A stretch of DNA of 64,000 nucleotides, from IMG/VR virus record IMGVR_UViG_3300030107_004732, positions 21,246-85,245 of that record; one strand, 5' to 3'. The notes beneath the pieces are model-generated. The model was not told where the DNA came from, did not search any database, and worked only from the letters and a program-made list of their open reading frames with translations. Source of the stretch: a virus. The translations under genes and the position numbers were made by a program. The number at the start of each line of letters is the position of its first letter. The stretch's first letter is position 1. Positions 9,075 to 17,459 of this stretch are shown one piece after another.

Positions 9075-9282
9075 AACAATAAAATTTCTACAAGGTGGCG
9101 GCTTTGTAGAAAGACAAACTAACGCTGATACTGTTGAGCAATTAAGAAATGAATTTCCAGATGATATTAGTAATAATGCATCTGTTGCTGTTAATGGTGT
9201 TTCTGTAACTAACACTCATGCTATTGCTGAAGGTGATATTGTTGCAGCTGTTAATAATAATAAGTCTGGCGGTGATCAGTAA
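9064..9282 (+). CDS. Ubiquitin-like (ThiS/MoaD beta-grasp) protein, 72 aa
   Basis: AGGAGG RBS; TVEQL...VAVNG...IAEGDIV pattern; C-terminus KSGG-DQ. Confidence 0.85.
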   Translation: MATKTIKFLQGGGFVERQTNADTVEQLRNEFPDDISNNASVAVNGVSVTNTHAIAEGDIVAAVNNNKSGGDQ

Positions 9283-9363
9283 TTATTAACTTAAGGTGGT
9301 CGCTGGTCTCGAGACTAAAAGATAGATAGGCACTATTTAAAGCGCTATCTCCACCTTATAACT

Positions 9364-9448
9364 TATAGGGCTGTAGTGACAGGCGAGTCAATAACTGTAG
9401 CCAGCAATTGGCGTTATGTGAGACTAACGAGGGTCAATCAGCCCTATA
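9364..9448 (+). ncRNA. Structured leader RNA with AATAACTG/TATGTGA internal loop
   Basis: Outer stem TATAGGGCTG/CAGCCCTATA; loop core shared with the elements at 13792 and 62519. Confidence 0.55.
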
Positions 9449-9465
9449 TTAAACTTGGAGGGTTT

Positions 9466-10833
9466 ATGACAGATTATAGAGATTATGATTGCATTGTAGA
9501 TGGCTCAATAGAACAATGCTTAGAAGAAATAGAAGTAGGAGATCTTGAAGAACACATTTATTATGGTCCTCAAGCAGACATAATGGAGAAATTACAAAGA
9601 TTTAATGCTAGACACAGAGCCGATTTAGAAATTACTAAAACATTTAAATGGAAACGTGGTTCTTATGAAAGAGTTGCTGAACTTATGATGAGAGGTCTTG
9701 GATTTAGAAGAAGGCCAAGTGGTATGTATAATTATTTACATAGAGAAGATTGGTTTAGAACTCATACCTGGGATTCAATTAAAAGCCAATTACAAGATAT
9801 GGATTCTGACTTGTACAGGTTAAGAAATAATGGTGAAGTATGGTTAGATGATCCTTCTGTTCTTGTAGAAAGAAAAAATTTGTATTCTAATTATTTGATA
9901 GAAAAAGTAGAACTTGCTGATGAAATAATAGAAAATGTAGATATAATGGCTGAAATGTATCATCAGTTATTTGTTCATCCAACATCACGCTCAAGTAGAA
10001 GATATATGCTAGTAACAACACTACGTATTACTCCAGATGTAATGAAAGTTTATGTAACTGAAGGTAGAAATAGTAATGAACCTGCTAAACATATAGAAAA
10101 TATAGCTTGTGATACAGATGTATACTTAAATCTTATTACATATCCATTGCAAGTTATGACAAGACATTCTAATTATGATAGGCCTTCAATTGATGTAAGT
10201 ATTCTTGGTCAAGTTGAACAACCAAGCGATAAAGGATATTTATCATTTCCTTATATTTCTGGTAGCAGAAACTACAGAGGCGGTTATTTTGGAAATAGTG
10301 TTTGCTTTGGTGACCAATCAACAGATGTGCATAATTCATTATATAGATATGATTTACCATCTTTTGTATTGCAATGTATACCTTGGGCTACATCATATAC
10401 TAATATGACACAACCACATAGCAACATTAAAATGATGTATCATGGTGAACCTAGCAGATTATCTGATGAATACAGATCAATATTTGGTACAAATACATCT
10501 AATATGTGTACTTACATACCAGATGGTGATAATGATTATTGTGATGTAAATGAATGTGCTCTTAGACATAGTTGTACATTATATAAAGATGCACATCCTC
10601 AACCAGTAACACCAGAACAAGCTGAACAAATGACCTTACAATGGGCTACTAGAATGGGTGGCGTTAATCACGCTGCTCCAACTATAATACACACAACTGA
10701 TAATTCAGGCAATCCTGTAACTGTAACTAGAGATAGAACGTCAATGGAACAAGCTGCAGATGCTCAAGAACCACCAATACAAGGTGATCGTGAACAGTGG
10801 CCTGATGAATCACCACAAGGTGACGAAATGTAA
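9466..10833 (+). CDS. Putative prokaryotic E2-like conjugating protein with Cys-rich tail
   Basis: GGAGG RBS at 9457; FPYISG...GNSVCFGD resembles the E2 active-site segment; lies between Ubl and JAB. Confidence 0.55.
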   Translation: MTDYRDYDCIVDGSIEQCLEEIEVGDLEEHIYYGPQADIMEKLQRFNARHRADLEITKTFKWKRGSYERVAELMMRGLGFRRRPSGMYNYLHREDWFRTHTWDSIKSQLQDMDSDLYRLRNNGEVWLDDPSVLVERKNLYSNYLIEKVELADEIIENVDIMAEMYHQLFVHPTSRSSRRYMLVTTLRITPDVMKVYVTEGRNSNEPAKHIENIACDTDVYLNLITYPLQVMTRHSNYDRPSIDVSILGQVEQPSDKGYLSFPYISGSRNYRGGYFGNSVCFGDQSTDVHNSLYRYDLPSFVLQCIPWATSYTNMTQPHSNIKMMYHGEPSRLSDEYRSIFGTNTSNMCTYIPDGDNDYCDVNECALRHSCTLYKDAHPQPVTPEQAEQMTLQWATRMGGVNHAAPTIIHTTDNSGNPVTVTRDRTSMEQAADAQEPPIQGDREQWPDESPQGDEM

Positions 10834-10849
10834 CTTAAAAGGAGGAATA

Positions 10850-10993
10850 ATGGACGCTAGAACTTCATACTTTAGTAATGAAATTAAAGACTTACAGTTT
10901 AAGTTTAAATCATTGCGTAATGATCATGAAACACTTAAAAAAGAATATAAAATACTACAAAAACAAGTAAAAAAGCTCGAGGAGGGTAAATAA
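10850..10993 (+). CDS. Small coiled-coil protein
   Basis: AGGAGG RBS; heptad pattern; coupled to the JAB start. Confidence 0.6.
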   Translation: MDARTSYFSNEIKDLQFKFKSLRNDHETLKKEYKILQKQVKKLEEGK

Positions 10994-11964
10994 TGGAAAT
11001 ATTAATACATAAAGAATCTTGGGATAAGATTATAAATTATGCTAAAGCTGCTTATGTCACAGAAAAAGCTGAAATAGGTGGTATGGCTGTAGTAACACAA
11101 GATAAAGATGGTGACTGGACTATTGAAAATCCAGTTATATTACCACAAGAAATAGCAGGGACTACGTGTGACCTAGATAAAGAAGAATTGGCTACGTATT
11201 ATACTCAAATGGCTATGAAATACAAAGACCAGAAGTTTAGATTTTGTTGGTGGCACAGTCATCACACAATGAACGCATTCTGGAGTGGTACAGATTTATC
11301 TAGCATTGATGAGTATGGTGAAGGTGAATCAGACGTTTCATTTGCACTTGTTGTTAATCTAAAAGAAGAATACAAATGTAGAATATCTGTATGGAAACCA
11401 GTAGAAATACATCAAGATGTAGAAGTTAAAATATTAGATGATACACCTGAAATAGAAATACCACTTGATATAGTTACAGAAGTTAAAGCTAAATGTAGAA
11501 AACGTACTTATGTAAGTTCTTATAAATCTGGTGGATCTGTATTAGAATCGCCAAATAAAAAGCAGTTAGTAATTGGTCAAAATGGATTTGAAAGTAGTTA
11601 TAATTGGGCTAAATATAGTTGGCTTGATGATGATTTAGAAAAAATTGTTACACCACAAGAACAAACTAACTTTGAAGCTAAATGGGAATATGCGACTAAT
11701 AAAATAACAGAGTTTATTAGACAATTTAATACAGGAGCTTGGAATATGCACAAATATAAATCTGCTGTAACTCATACAAATAAAATATTAGAACCATATG
11801 GGATTCAAATAGAAACATTAAACAAGCGTGAGTTAACAGAGTTTATTGAAATGGATTCTGAACCATATGAACTGTTAACAGCTGATGATAAATATCATGA
11901 TATAGCAGAAAGTTTAATAGATTGCGCATCTTATAATCAATCTTATGGAGGGTATGGAATATGA
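10993..11964 (+). CDS. JAB/MPN+ (JAMM) metalloprotease
   Basis: N-terminal EIGG Glu plus WWHSHHTMNAFWSGTD (HxH-x7-S-x2-D). Confidence 0.9.
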   Translation: MEILIHKESWDKIINYAKAAYVTEKAEIGGMAVVTQDKDGDWTIENPVILPQEIAGTTCDLDKEELATYYTQMAMKYKDQKFRFCWWHSHHTMNAFWSGTDLSSIDEYGEGESDVSFALVVNLKEEYKCRISVWKPVEIHQDVEVKILDDTPEIEIPLDIVTEVKAKCRKRTYVSSYKSGGSVLESPNKKQLVIGQNGFESSYNWAKYSWLDDDLEKIVTPQEQTNFEAKWEYATNKITEFIRQFNTGAWNMHKYKSAVTHTNKILEPYGIQIETLNKRELTEFIEMDSEPYELLTADDKYHDIAESLIDCASYNQSYGGYGI

Positions 11965-12614
11965 TAAATACTAGAAGCCAAGATATTGCAGATATATCAG
12001 GCATTAAGTTTCACATTGTAGGTTGCGGGGCTATTGGAAGCTCCGTAGCCACACAATTAGTAAGACTTGGTGGCAATAATTTTGTTTTATATGATTTTGA
12101 TAAAGTTGAAATACCTAATGTAGGTGTAAGTCAATATAATGAACAAGATGTAGGGCTATCTAAAGTAGGTGCTCTAACAAATCATATGAAAAAAATTAAT
12201 GTAATGATTGAAATAGAGGGAATTGTTGATAAATTTAAATATTATCATGGAAATAAAGATGATATATTAGTATTAGGTTTAGATAGTATGTCTGCTCGTA
12301 TGGAAATAGTTAAATTGTTAGCAAAATGCCCTTATAAACCATCATTTGTAATAGATGGTCGTATGGGTGCAGAACAATATCAACAGTATATATATGATAA
12401 TATTACTGTTAAACAATATGAAAAAGATTGGTATTCTGATGAAGATTCTGATCCAGAACCATGCACTCGTAAAGCTACATCTTACTGTAGTAATATGAGT
12501 GGAAGTTTTATATCTAATTCTATTAAGAACATAGTTATGAAACAGCCTTACTTTAAGGAAATAATTTTCAACTTTTCAACATTAATACTTGATAAAAAGA
12601 AATTAGTTTCTTAA
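11961..12614 (+). CDS. E1-like ThiF/MoeB family adenylyltransferase
   Basis: GCGAIGS, YDFDKVEIPN, SKV, DGRMG; candidate catalytic Cys in EPCTRK. Confidence 0.92.
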   Translation: MINTRSQDIADISGIKFHIVGCGAIGSSVATQLVRLGGNNFVLYDFDKVEIPNVGVSQYNEQDVGLSKVGALTNHMKKINVMIEIEGIVDKFKYYHGNKDDILVLGLDSMSARMEIVKLLAKCPYKPSFVIDGRMGAEQYQQYIYDNITVKQYEKDWYSDEDSDPEPCTRKATSYCSNMSGSFISNSIKNIVMKQPYFKEIIFNFSTLILDKKKLVS

Positions 12615-12617
12615 ATT
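12589..12617 (+). promoter_or_regulatory. Sigma70-like promoter TTGATA-N17-TAAATT
   Basis: Upstream of ERF; equivalent element at 61278..61306. Confidence 0.6.
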
Positions 12618-12717
12618 CTAAACCCTTTATATCAAAGGGATCTTATGTATAGCACACTGAACAGGGTAGTATAACCCCTATTTCTGCCCTGTTCTCAAAA
12701 TAAAAAGGAGGAAGCTC

Positions 12718-13221
12718 GTGACAAATATCGATGTTTCAAAACAAACTGGTATTGCTAAAAGTGTATTAGAAGCAAAAGCCAAAAACGAATCAAATGAGAA
12801 ATCTTTTGATGAATCTCATGATAGAAGACATGATGAATGGAAATCACCTCAATTAGATCAATTAGCAGCAGCATTAGCTAAAGCTCAATCTGAAATGGAA
12901 GGTGCTAAAAAAGAGAGTACAAATCCATTCTTTAAGTCTAGTTATGCAGACTTACATGCAGTAATTAAATCTTCATTTCCATACTTATCTAAAAATGGAC
13001 TATCTGTTAGTCAAGGTAATGAAGTAATTAAAGGCGCTGTATGTGTAACAACAACATTAATGCACGCATCAGGTCAATGGATGAGAAGTAAAATTAAACT
13101 TCCATTAGCTAAAGTAGACGCACAAGGCGTTGGAGCTGCTGTAACTTATGGTAGAAGATATGGTTTATCTGCTATGGTAGGTATAGCTCAATACGATGAT
13201 GATGCACAATCAATTTCTTAA
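12718..13221 (+). CDS. ERF-family ssDNA annealing protein, copy A
   Basis: NPFFKSSYADL and QGVGAAVTYGRRYGLSAMVGI. Confidence 0.9.
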   Translation: MTNIDVSKQTGIAKSVLEAKAKNESNEKSFDESHDRRHDEWKSPQLDQLAAALAKAQSEMEGAKKESTNPFFKSSYADLHAVIKSSFPYLSKNGLSVSQGNEVIKGAVCVTTTLMHASGQWMRSKIKLPLAKVDAQGVGAAVTYGRRYGLSAMVGIAQYDDDAQSIS

Positions 13222-13234
13222 TTAAGGAGAACAT

Positions 13235-13771
13235 ATGAGAACAATGACAATAAAGTCAGGTAGTAGTAATAATCAATATTCTACTGGGTGGCATGAATTA
13301 ATAGTTTCAAAAGCTAAATATGGTGATTGGAATGGAACAAAATGTATAGACATTTACTTTGATGAATATCCAGAAAACTTTAACATGAGAGTTTATGCTA
13401 AAACAGGAACTGATGGTGAAGAATTTGCTATTGGTCAAATATATAGATTTGCTAATGCTGGAATAAGTAGCGCATTAGAAGGCCCTGATGGCACTAAAGT
13501 TGTTAAAATGGATGATAGTGAAGAAGCTTTAATAGGTAAAAAGATGAATGTTTACTTTTATAAAGATGGTAAATATTCTAGAATGTTATCTAAAACTGCT
13601 CCTACAGAATTTACAAATGCTGTAGAATCATTCACAACAGATGATGTTAGCTATTGGAAAGGTAAAGCTATAGATTTCTATAAGAAATATGTAGAACCTA
13701 AACTTAAAACAAGCTCAGAAGAATCCGTTTCTTCTTCCGAGACCTCCGAGAGTGACGATATACCCTTTTAA
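13235..13771 (+). CDS. Putative single-stranded DNA-binding protein, copy A
   Basis: Acidic tail ending DDIPF; follows ERF. Confidence 0.65.
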   Translation: MRTMTIKSGSSNNQYSTGWHELIVSKAKYGDWNGTKCIDIYFDEYPENFNMRVYAKTGTDGEEFAIGQIYRFANAGISSALEGPDGTKVVKMDDSEEALIGKKMNVYFYKDGKYSRMLSKTAPTEFTNAVESFTTDDVSYWKGKAIDFYKKYVEPKLKTSSEESVSSSETSESDDIPF

Positions 13772-13791
13772 GTGAGTAGGTAATCGTTAAT

Positions 13792-13875
13792 TATAGGGAG
13801 GCAACAACTGGTCCTGTAAGTCGTAAATGACCTACTGAGGAAATTTCCGCAAAGGAATATGTGAGTCTCCCTATA
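13792..13875 (+). ncRNA. Conserved structured RNA element, copy A
   Basis: 11-bp closing stem; cores AACAACTGGTCCTGTAAGTC and GCAAAGGAATATGTGA conserved at 62519..62600. Confidence 0.7.
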
Positions 13876-14319
13876 TAAAGATTTGGTAACAGTATAAAAA
13901 CTCCCTAGATAGTACTCAGTTTACTATCTGACATTTCAGAAATCTAAATTCCATTAGATTCCGATTATTTGTTTATGAGTATATTTCATACGTGACTATT
14001 GCCTGGCTGGAAGTTGCAGGAGTTACCAAAAAATTAAAGGAGAATTATGAGAGCGACAGAATTTATGCATTTTATGAATAGAACAGATATAGGTTTAGGA
14101 CAAAATCCTAAAGAAAGAGACTATACACACTATACCCCTAGAATGCTTGCAAAAAGAGCTAGATATGAGTATCAAAAGATGCTTAGAGAACAAAAAAAAT
14201 TAAAGAAATCGGAGGAAAAAAAATGATAGAAATAATACTTATAAGTTTATCAATATTTATATTAGCTGTAGGAACTTTAATACTGTTAATAAAAAGTGAA
14301 GTGGAGAATATACATGGAG

Positions 14320-16077
14320 ATGATTAAAGAAATAGCATTTGGAGTTAGTAATAGAGGTAATTTTCAATCTAAAGATGAAGTTTGTGAGTTACAAGGCACT
14401 GACACTGATCTATTTGTGTCTTTATATGACTATGATGAAACAGTTGTAGCATATTATAGTAAAAAAGGAAGTTTATCAGGATTTGATGGTAACATATATA
14501 TGCCTACAGAATTTATATTAGACGTTGATGGATCTAGTATAAGAAATGCTAGAGATAAATTAATAGGTTTATCAGATATATTAGATGATTGCAATCTATA
14601 CTATAGAATATATTTTAGCGGAACAGGTTTTCATGTTGGTATACACAATTCAGCATTTAAATGGGAACCAAGTCCTAATTTACACGTAAGAGTAAAAGAA
14701 GAGCTAACTAAAGCTGGTATCTATAAATTTGCAGACCCCTCTGTTACTGATAAAACAAGAATAATAAGACTAGTTAATACTAAAAATACTAAATCTGGAT
14801 TATATAAAATCTGTATAGAAGATAACTTACAAATATTATCTTCGTCAGATAAAGTGTTTAAAGAAGAGCTGATTAAATTAGCATCAGAACCTAGAAACAT
14901 AGATTACGAAGATATTGAATTGAGTAGCCCAGTATTTGATGTAAGAGATAAAGAAAAACCTGAAGAAAAACCTGAAATTAAGGTAAGAAATAAGCGTGAT
15001 CCTGTTGCTAACACTTGTATACAGAAAATGTTAGATGGTGCTCCACACGGTAAACGTCATATGGTCGCTCTTAGAATAGCATCTCATTTAAGATGGAACT
15101 TTCCAGAAAATATTGTAAGATTAATTATGGAAGATTGGCGCATTAGAGTTAACGAAGGTGCTAAAAGCGAGTTTAAAAAAGAAGAGATGGATGGTATAGT
15201 AGAAGGTTGTTATACTGGTCATGATGGACAAGGTTACAGATATGGTGCTGATGATCCAGTTATACAGTTTTATTGTAACTCTAAATGTACGTTACACAGA
15301 GGTGCTAAAGCCGAAAACATGATGGATTCAAGTAGTATGGAAGATGAATTAATAAACTTTTATGCTCAAGACTTAAAACCACTTAATTTAGGTGAGCCAT
15401 ATGATATGAATTTCCCTATATATCCAGGTGAAACAGTCATTATTCAAGCTCCACCTGCAAGTATGAAGACTATGTTGCTTCAAAATTGGGTAAATTATTT
15501 TAAAAGACCAACATACTTTGTTGAAATGGAAATGTCTCCAAGGCAAATATGGTCTAGATTTGTTCAGATAGAAATGGGGTGGGATGAAAATCAATTAGCT
15601 AATCATTACAAACAAATGAAAAATGGTATGGATAAAAGATTTGAATGGTTAACTGTAGACTATTCAGCTCCATATGCGCATGAATTAGAAAGAAGAATCA
15701 CCAGCCTACCTGTTAAGCCAGAAATAGTAATTGTTGACCATTTGGGGCTATTTAAGAGCAAACAGAAAGATAATAACATGAAAGTTGAGGAAGCTAGCCA
15801 AGCAATTATGGAATTAGCTGTAAGACAAAATGTGATCGTCTTTGCTGTAAGCGAAGTATCTAAAGCTGCCTTTAAAGAAGGTATGGACATATCTTCATCT
15901 AGAGGTTCATTTAGAATTGCATATAATGCAAATAAATTAATATCTTTAAAGCCATATAAGAACAAAGAAACAGGTCTTGTTGAGCTTATAGATATTAAAT
16001 CAGATAAAAACAGAGAGAAAGAACATCTGTACGCTAGATTAACAGTTAATAACGTAAGAATAGAAAAGGAGGGCTAA
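14320..16077 (+). CDS. Primase-helicase (AEP primase-polymerase plus RecA/DnaB-like domain), copy A
   Basis: ILDVD, FSGTGFH, TDKTRIIR; CIQKML..G.RH region; variant P-loop APPASMKT; IVDHL Walker B. Confidence 0.85.
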   Translation: MIKEIAFGVSNRGNFQSKDEVCELQGTDTDLFVSLYDYDETVVAYYSKKGSLSGFDGNIYMPTEFILDVDGSSIRNARDKLIGLSDILDDCNLYYRIYFSGTGFHVGIHNSAFKWEPSPNLHVRVKEELTKAGIYKFADPSVTDKTRIIRLVNTKNTKSGLYKICIEDNLQILSSSDKVFKEELIKLASEPRNIDYEDIELSSPVFDVRDKEKPEEKPEIKVRNKRDPVANTCIQKMLDGAPHGKRHMVALRIASHLRWNFPENIVRLIMEDWRIRVNEGAKSEFKKEEMDGIVEGCYTGHDGQGYRYGADDPVIQFYCNSKCTLHRGAKAENMMDSSSMEDELINFYAQDLKPLNLGEPYDMNFPIYPGETVIIQAPPASMKTMLLQNWVNYFKRPTYFVEMEMSPRQIWSRFVQIEMGWDENQLANHYKQMKNGMDKRFEWLTVDYSAPYAHELERRITSLPVKPEIVIVDHLGLFKSKQKDNNMKVEEASQAIMELAVRQNVIVFAVSEVSKAAFKEGMDISSSRGSFRIAYNANKLISLKPYKNKETGLVELIDIKSDKNREKEHLYARLTVNNVRIEKEG

Positions 16078-16224
16078 ATGCCTAAGAAAAGTAAAGAAAA
16101 ACTAAAATGGGAACATGCTGAAAAATTAGCTAACCTATATGAGCAAAGATCTAATTTGGAAGTAGCTTTTATAAAATTAAACGGAGCTATTGAAGTATTG
16201 GAATCAATAAAACCTAAGGAGTAA
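16078..16224 (+). CDS. Small hypothetical protein (48 aa; not in ORF track)
   Basis: GGAGG RBS; IKLNGAIE resembles IKVEGAIE in 61338..61520. Confidence 0.6.
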   Translation: MPKKSKEKLKWEHAEKLANLYEQRSNLEVAFIKLNGAIEVLESIKPKE

Positions 16225-16226
16225 TT

Positions 16227-16511
16227 ATGTATTACAACACTAATGATGAAACAGGGGGAACTCTGCAAAATAGTAGGAATGCTGCAATAAAACAAGAGGA
16301 TCAAATTCTTGGTATATTTCGAGCATTTCCAAATGAAGGTCTTACACCATTTGATATTGAAGATTTTGCAAATGATCAAGATGTTCATTGGCCTATAACA
16401 AGCATTAGAAGAGCTATTACAGATTTAACTAATGCTGGTAAATTAACTAAAACCGATATAACTAAACTAGGTAAGTACGGAAAGAAAGTACATACTTGGA
16501 AATTAGTATAA
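16227..16511 (+). CDS. Winged-HTH DNA-binding protein
   Basis: GLTPFDIE...ITSIRRAITDLTNAGKL. Confidence 0.65.
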   Translation: MYYNTNDETGGTLQNSRNAAIKQEDQILGIFRAFPNEGLTPFDIEDFANDQDVHWPITSIRRAITDLTNAGKLTKTDITKLGKYGKKVHTWKLV

Positions 16512-16527
16512 CACTCAGGAGGGAAGC

Positions 16528-16722
16528 ATGTCAAAAAATAAAAAACCTACAATGAATGAAGTAAGAGATGCAATAGCTGTAATGATTAGAAGAATTGATG
16601 ATTTATATAAAGTTATGCATCAAAGTAATTTAACCTTTACTGAATATTTAATGTTCAAAAAAGAAGGAGATAAATTTACTGAACATTTAAAGGAAAAATA
16701 CGATAAAAAGGAGGATGAATAA
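16528..16722 (+). CDS. Hypothetical protein
   Basis: 64 aa with GGAGG RBS. Confidence 0.6.
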   Translation: MSKNKKPTMNEVRDAIAVMIRRIDDLYKVMHQSNLTFTEYLMFKKEGDKFTEHLKEKYDKKEDE

Positions 16723-16934
16723 TGAGTTGGTTTTGTGATACTCAAGAAGCAAAAGATCATAAGAAAAATTGCAAGAAAAATCCTTGGAATTGTGGCAAAT
16801 GTGTTTGGATAGATGAATCAGCTATCGCTATGGGAAGATATGGTAAAGTTGTAGAATCTGAACCAGAAGCAGAAGAACTTCATCCTTTATTTGAACAGAT
16901 AATGGAGACTTTTAATGGCAGAAAAATTGACTAA
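16722..16934 (+). CDS. Small Cys/His-rich protein, copy A
   Basis: N-terminal 44 aa nearly identical to 59545..59760. Confidence 0.8.
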   Translation: MSWFCDTQEAKDHKKNCKKNPWNCGKCVWIDESAIAMGRYGKVVESEPEAEELHPLFEQIMETFNGRKID

Positions 16935-17150
16935 AAAACAATTAAAAGCAATTAAAAAACATAGGAAAGATAATCCTAAAGAAACAAGTCATGCTCGTAG
17001 AGCTAGATTATTAAAAAATAAACCTTGGTGGATGCCTCGTGACTAATTGCAATAAATGTAAATCAAAGTGCTTCCCTGTGTATAGTTTATCTATAGTTAA
17101 CGAAATATACGTATGCAGGGATTGCGCTTTTAAAATAATGGAAGGATATT

Positions 17151-17459
17151 ATGATAGAAGACCTATTAAAACTGAAAAGTCAGATTGATAGCATGGTAGA
17201 AACATATAAAGATCTACATCCAGATGAGTTTTATGACTTAATGGATAATGGTGAATATATTACTAAAGAAGAGTATGAAACTCATGACAGAGGTAATAAT
17301 ACACATCTAGACGGTATGAGTGAGTATAATCAAAAACAACAGGCACTTAAAAAAATAAGGGAGGGGACTTATGAAAGCACGTTCCGCGAAAAACAAGGGA
17401 AGAAAACTGCAGAACATGGTGAGGGATCGCCTTCGCTCTGTGTTTTCGGAGACTCTTGA
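17151..17459 (+). CDS. Hypothetical acidic protein
   Basis: 102 aa; 3' end overlaps the resolvase gene. Confidence 0.55.
   Translation: MIEDLLKLKSQIDSMVETYKDLHPDEFYDLMDNGEYITKEEYETHDRGNNTHLDGMSEYNQKQQALKKIREGTYESTFREKQGKKTAEHGEGSPSLCVFGDS

Noticed and set aside
9064-12614. ThiS/ThiF thiamine or MoaD/MoeB sulfur-relay auxiliary genes
   Set aside because: No thiG, moaE, cysteine desulfurase or rhodanese nearby; an E2-like gene and JAB fit conjugation better, though sulfur transfer is not fully excluded
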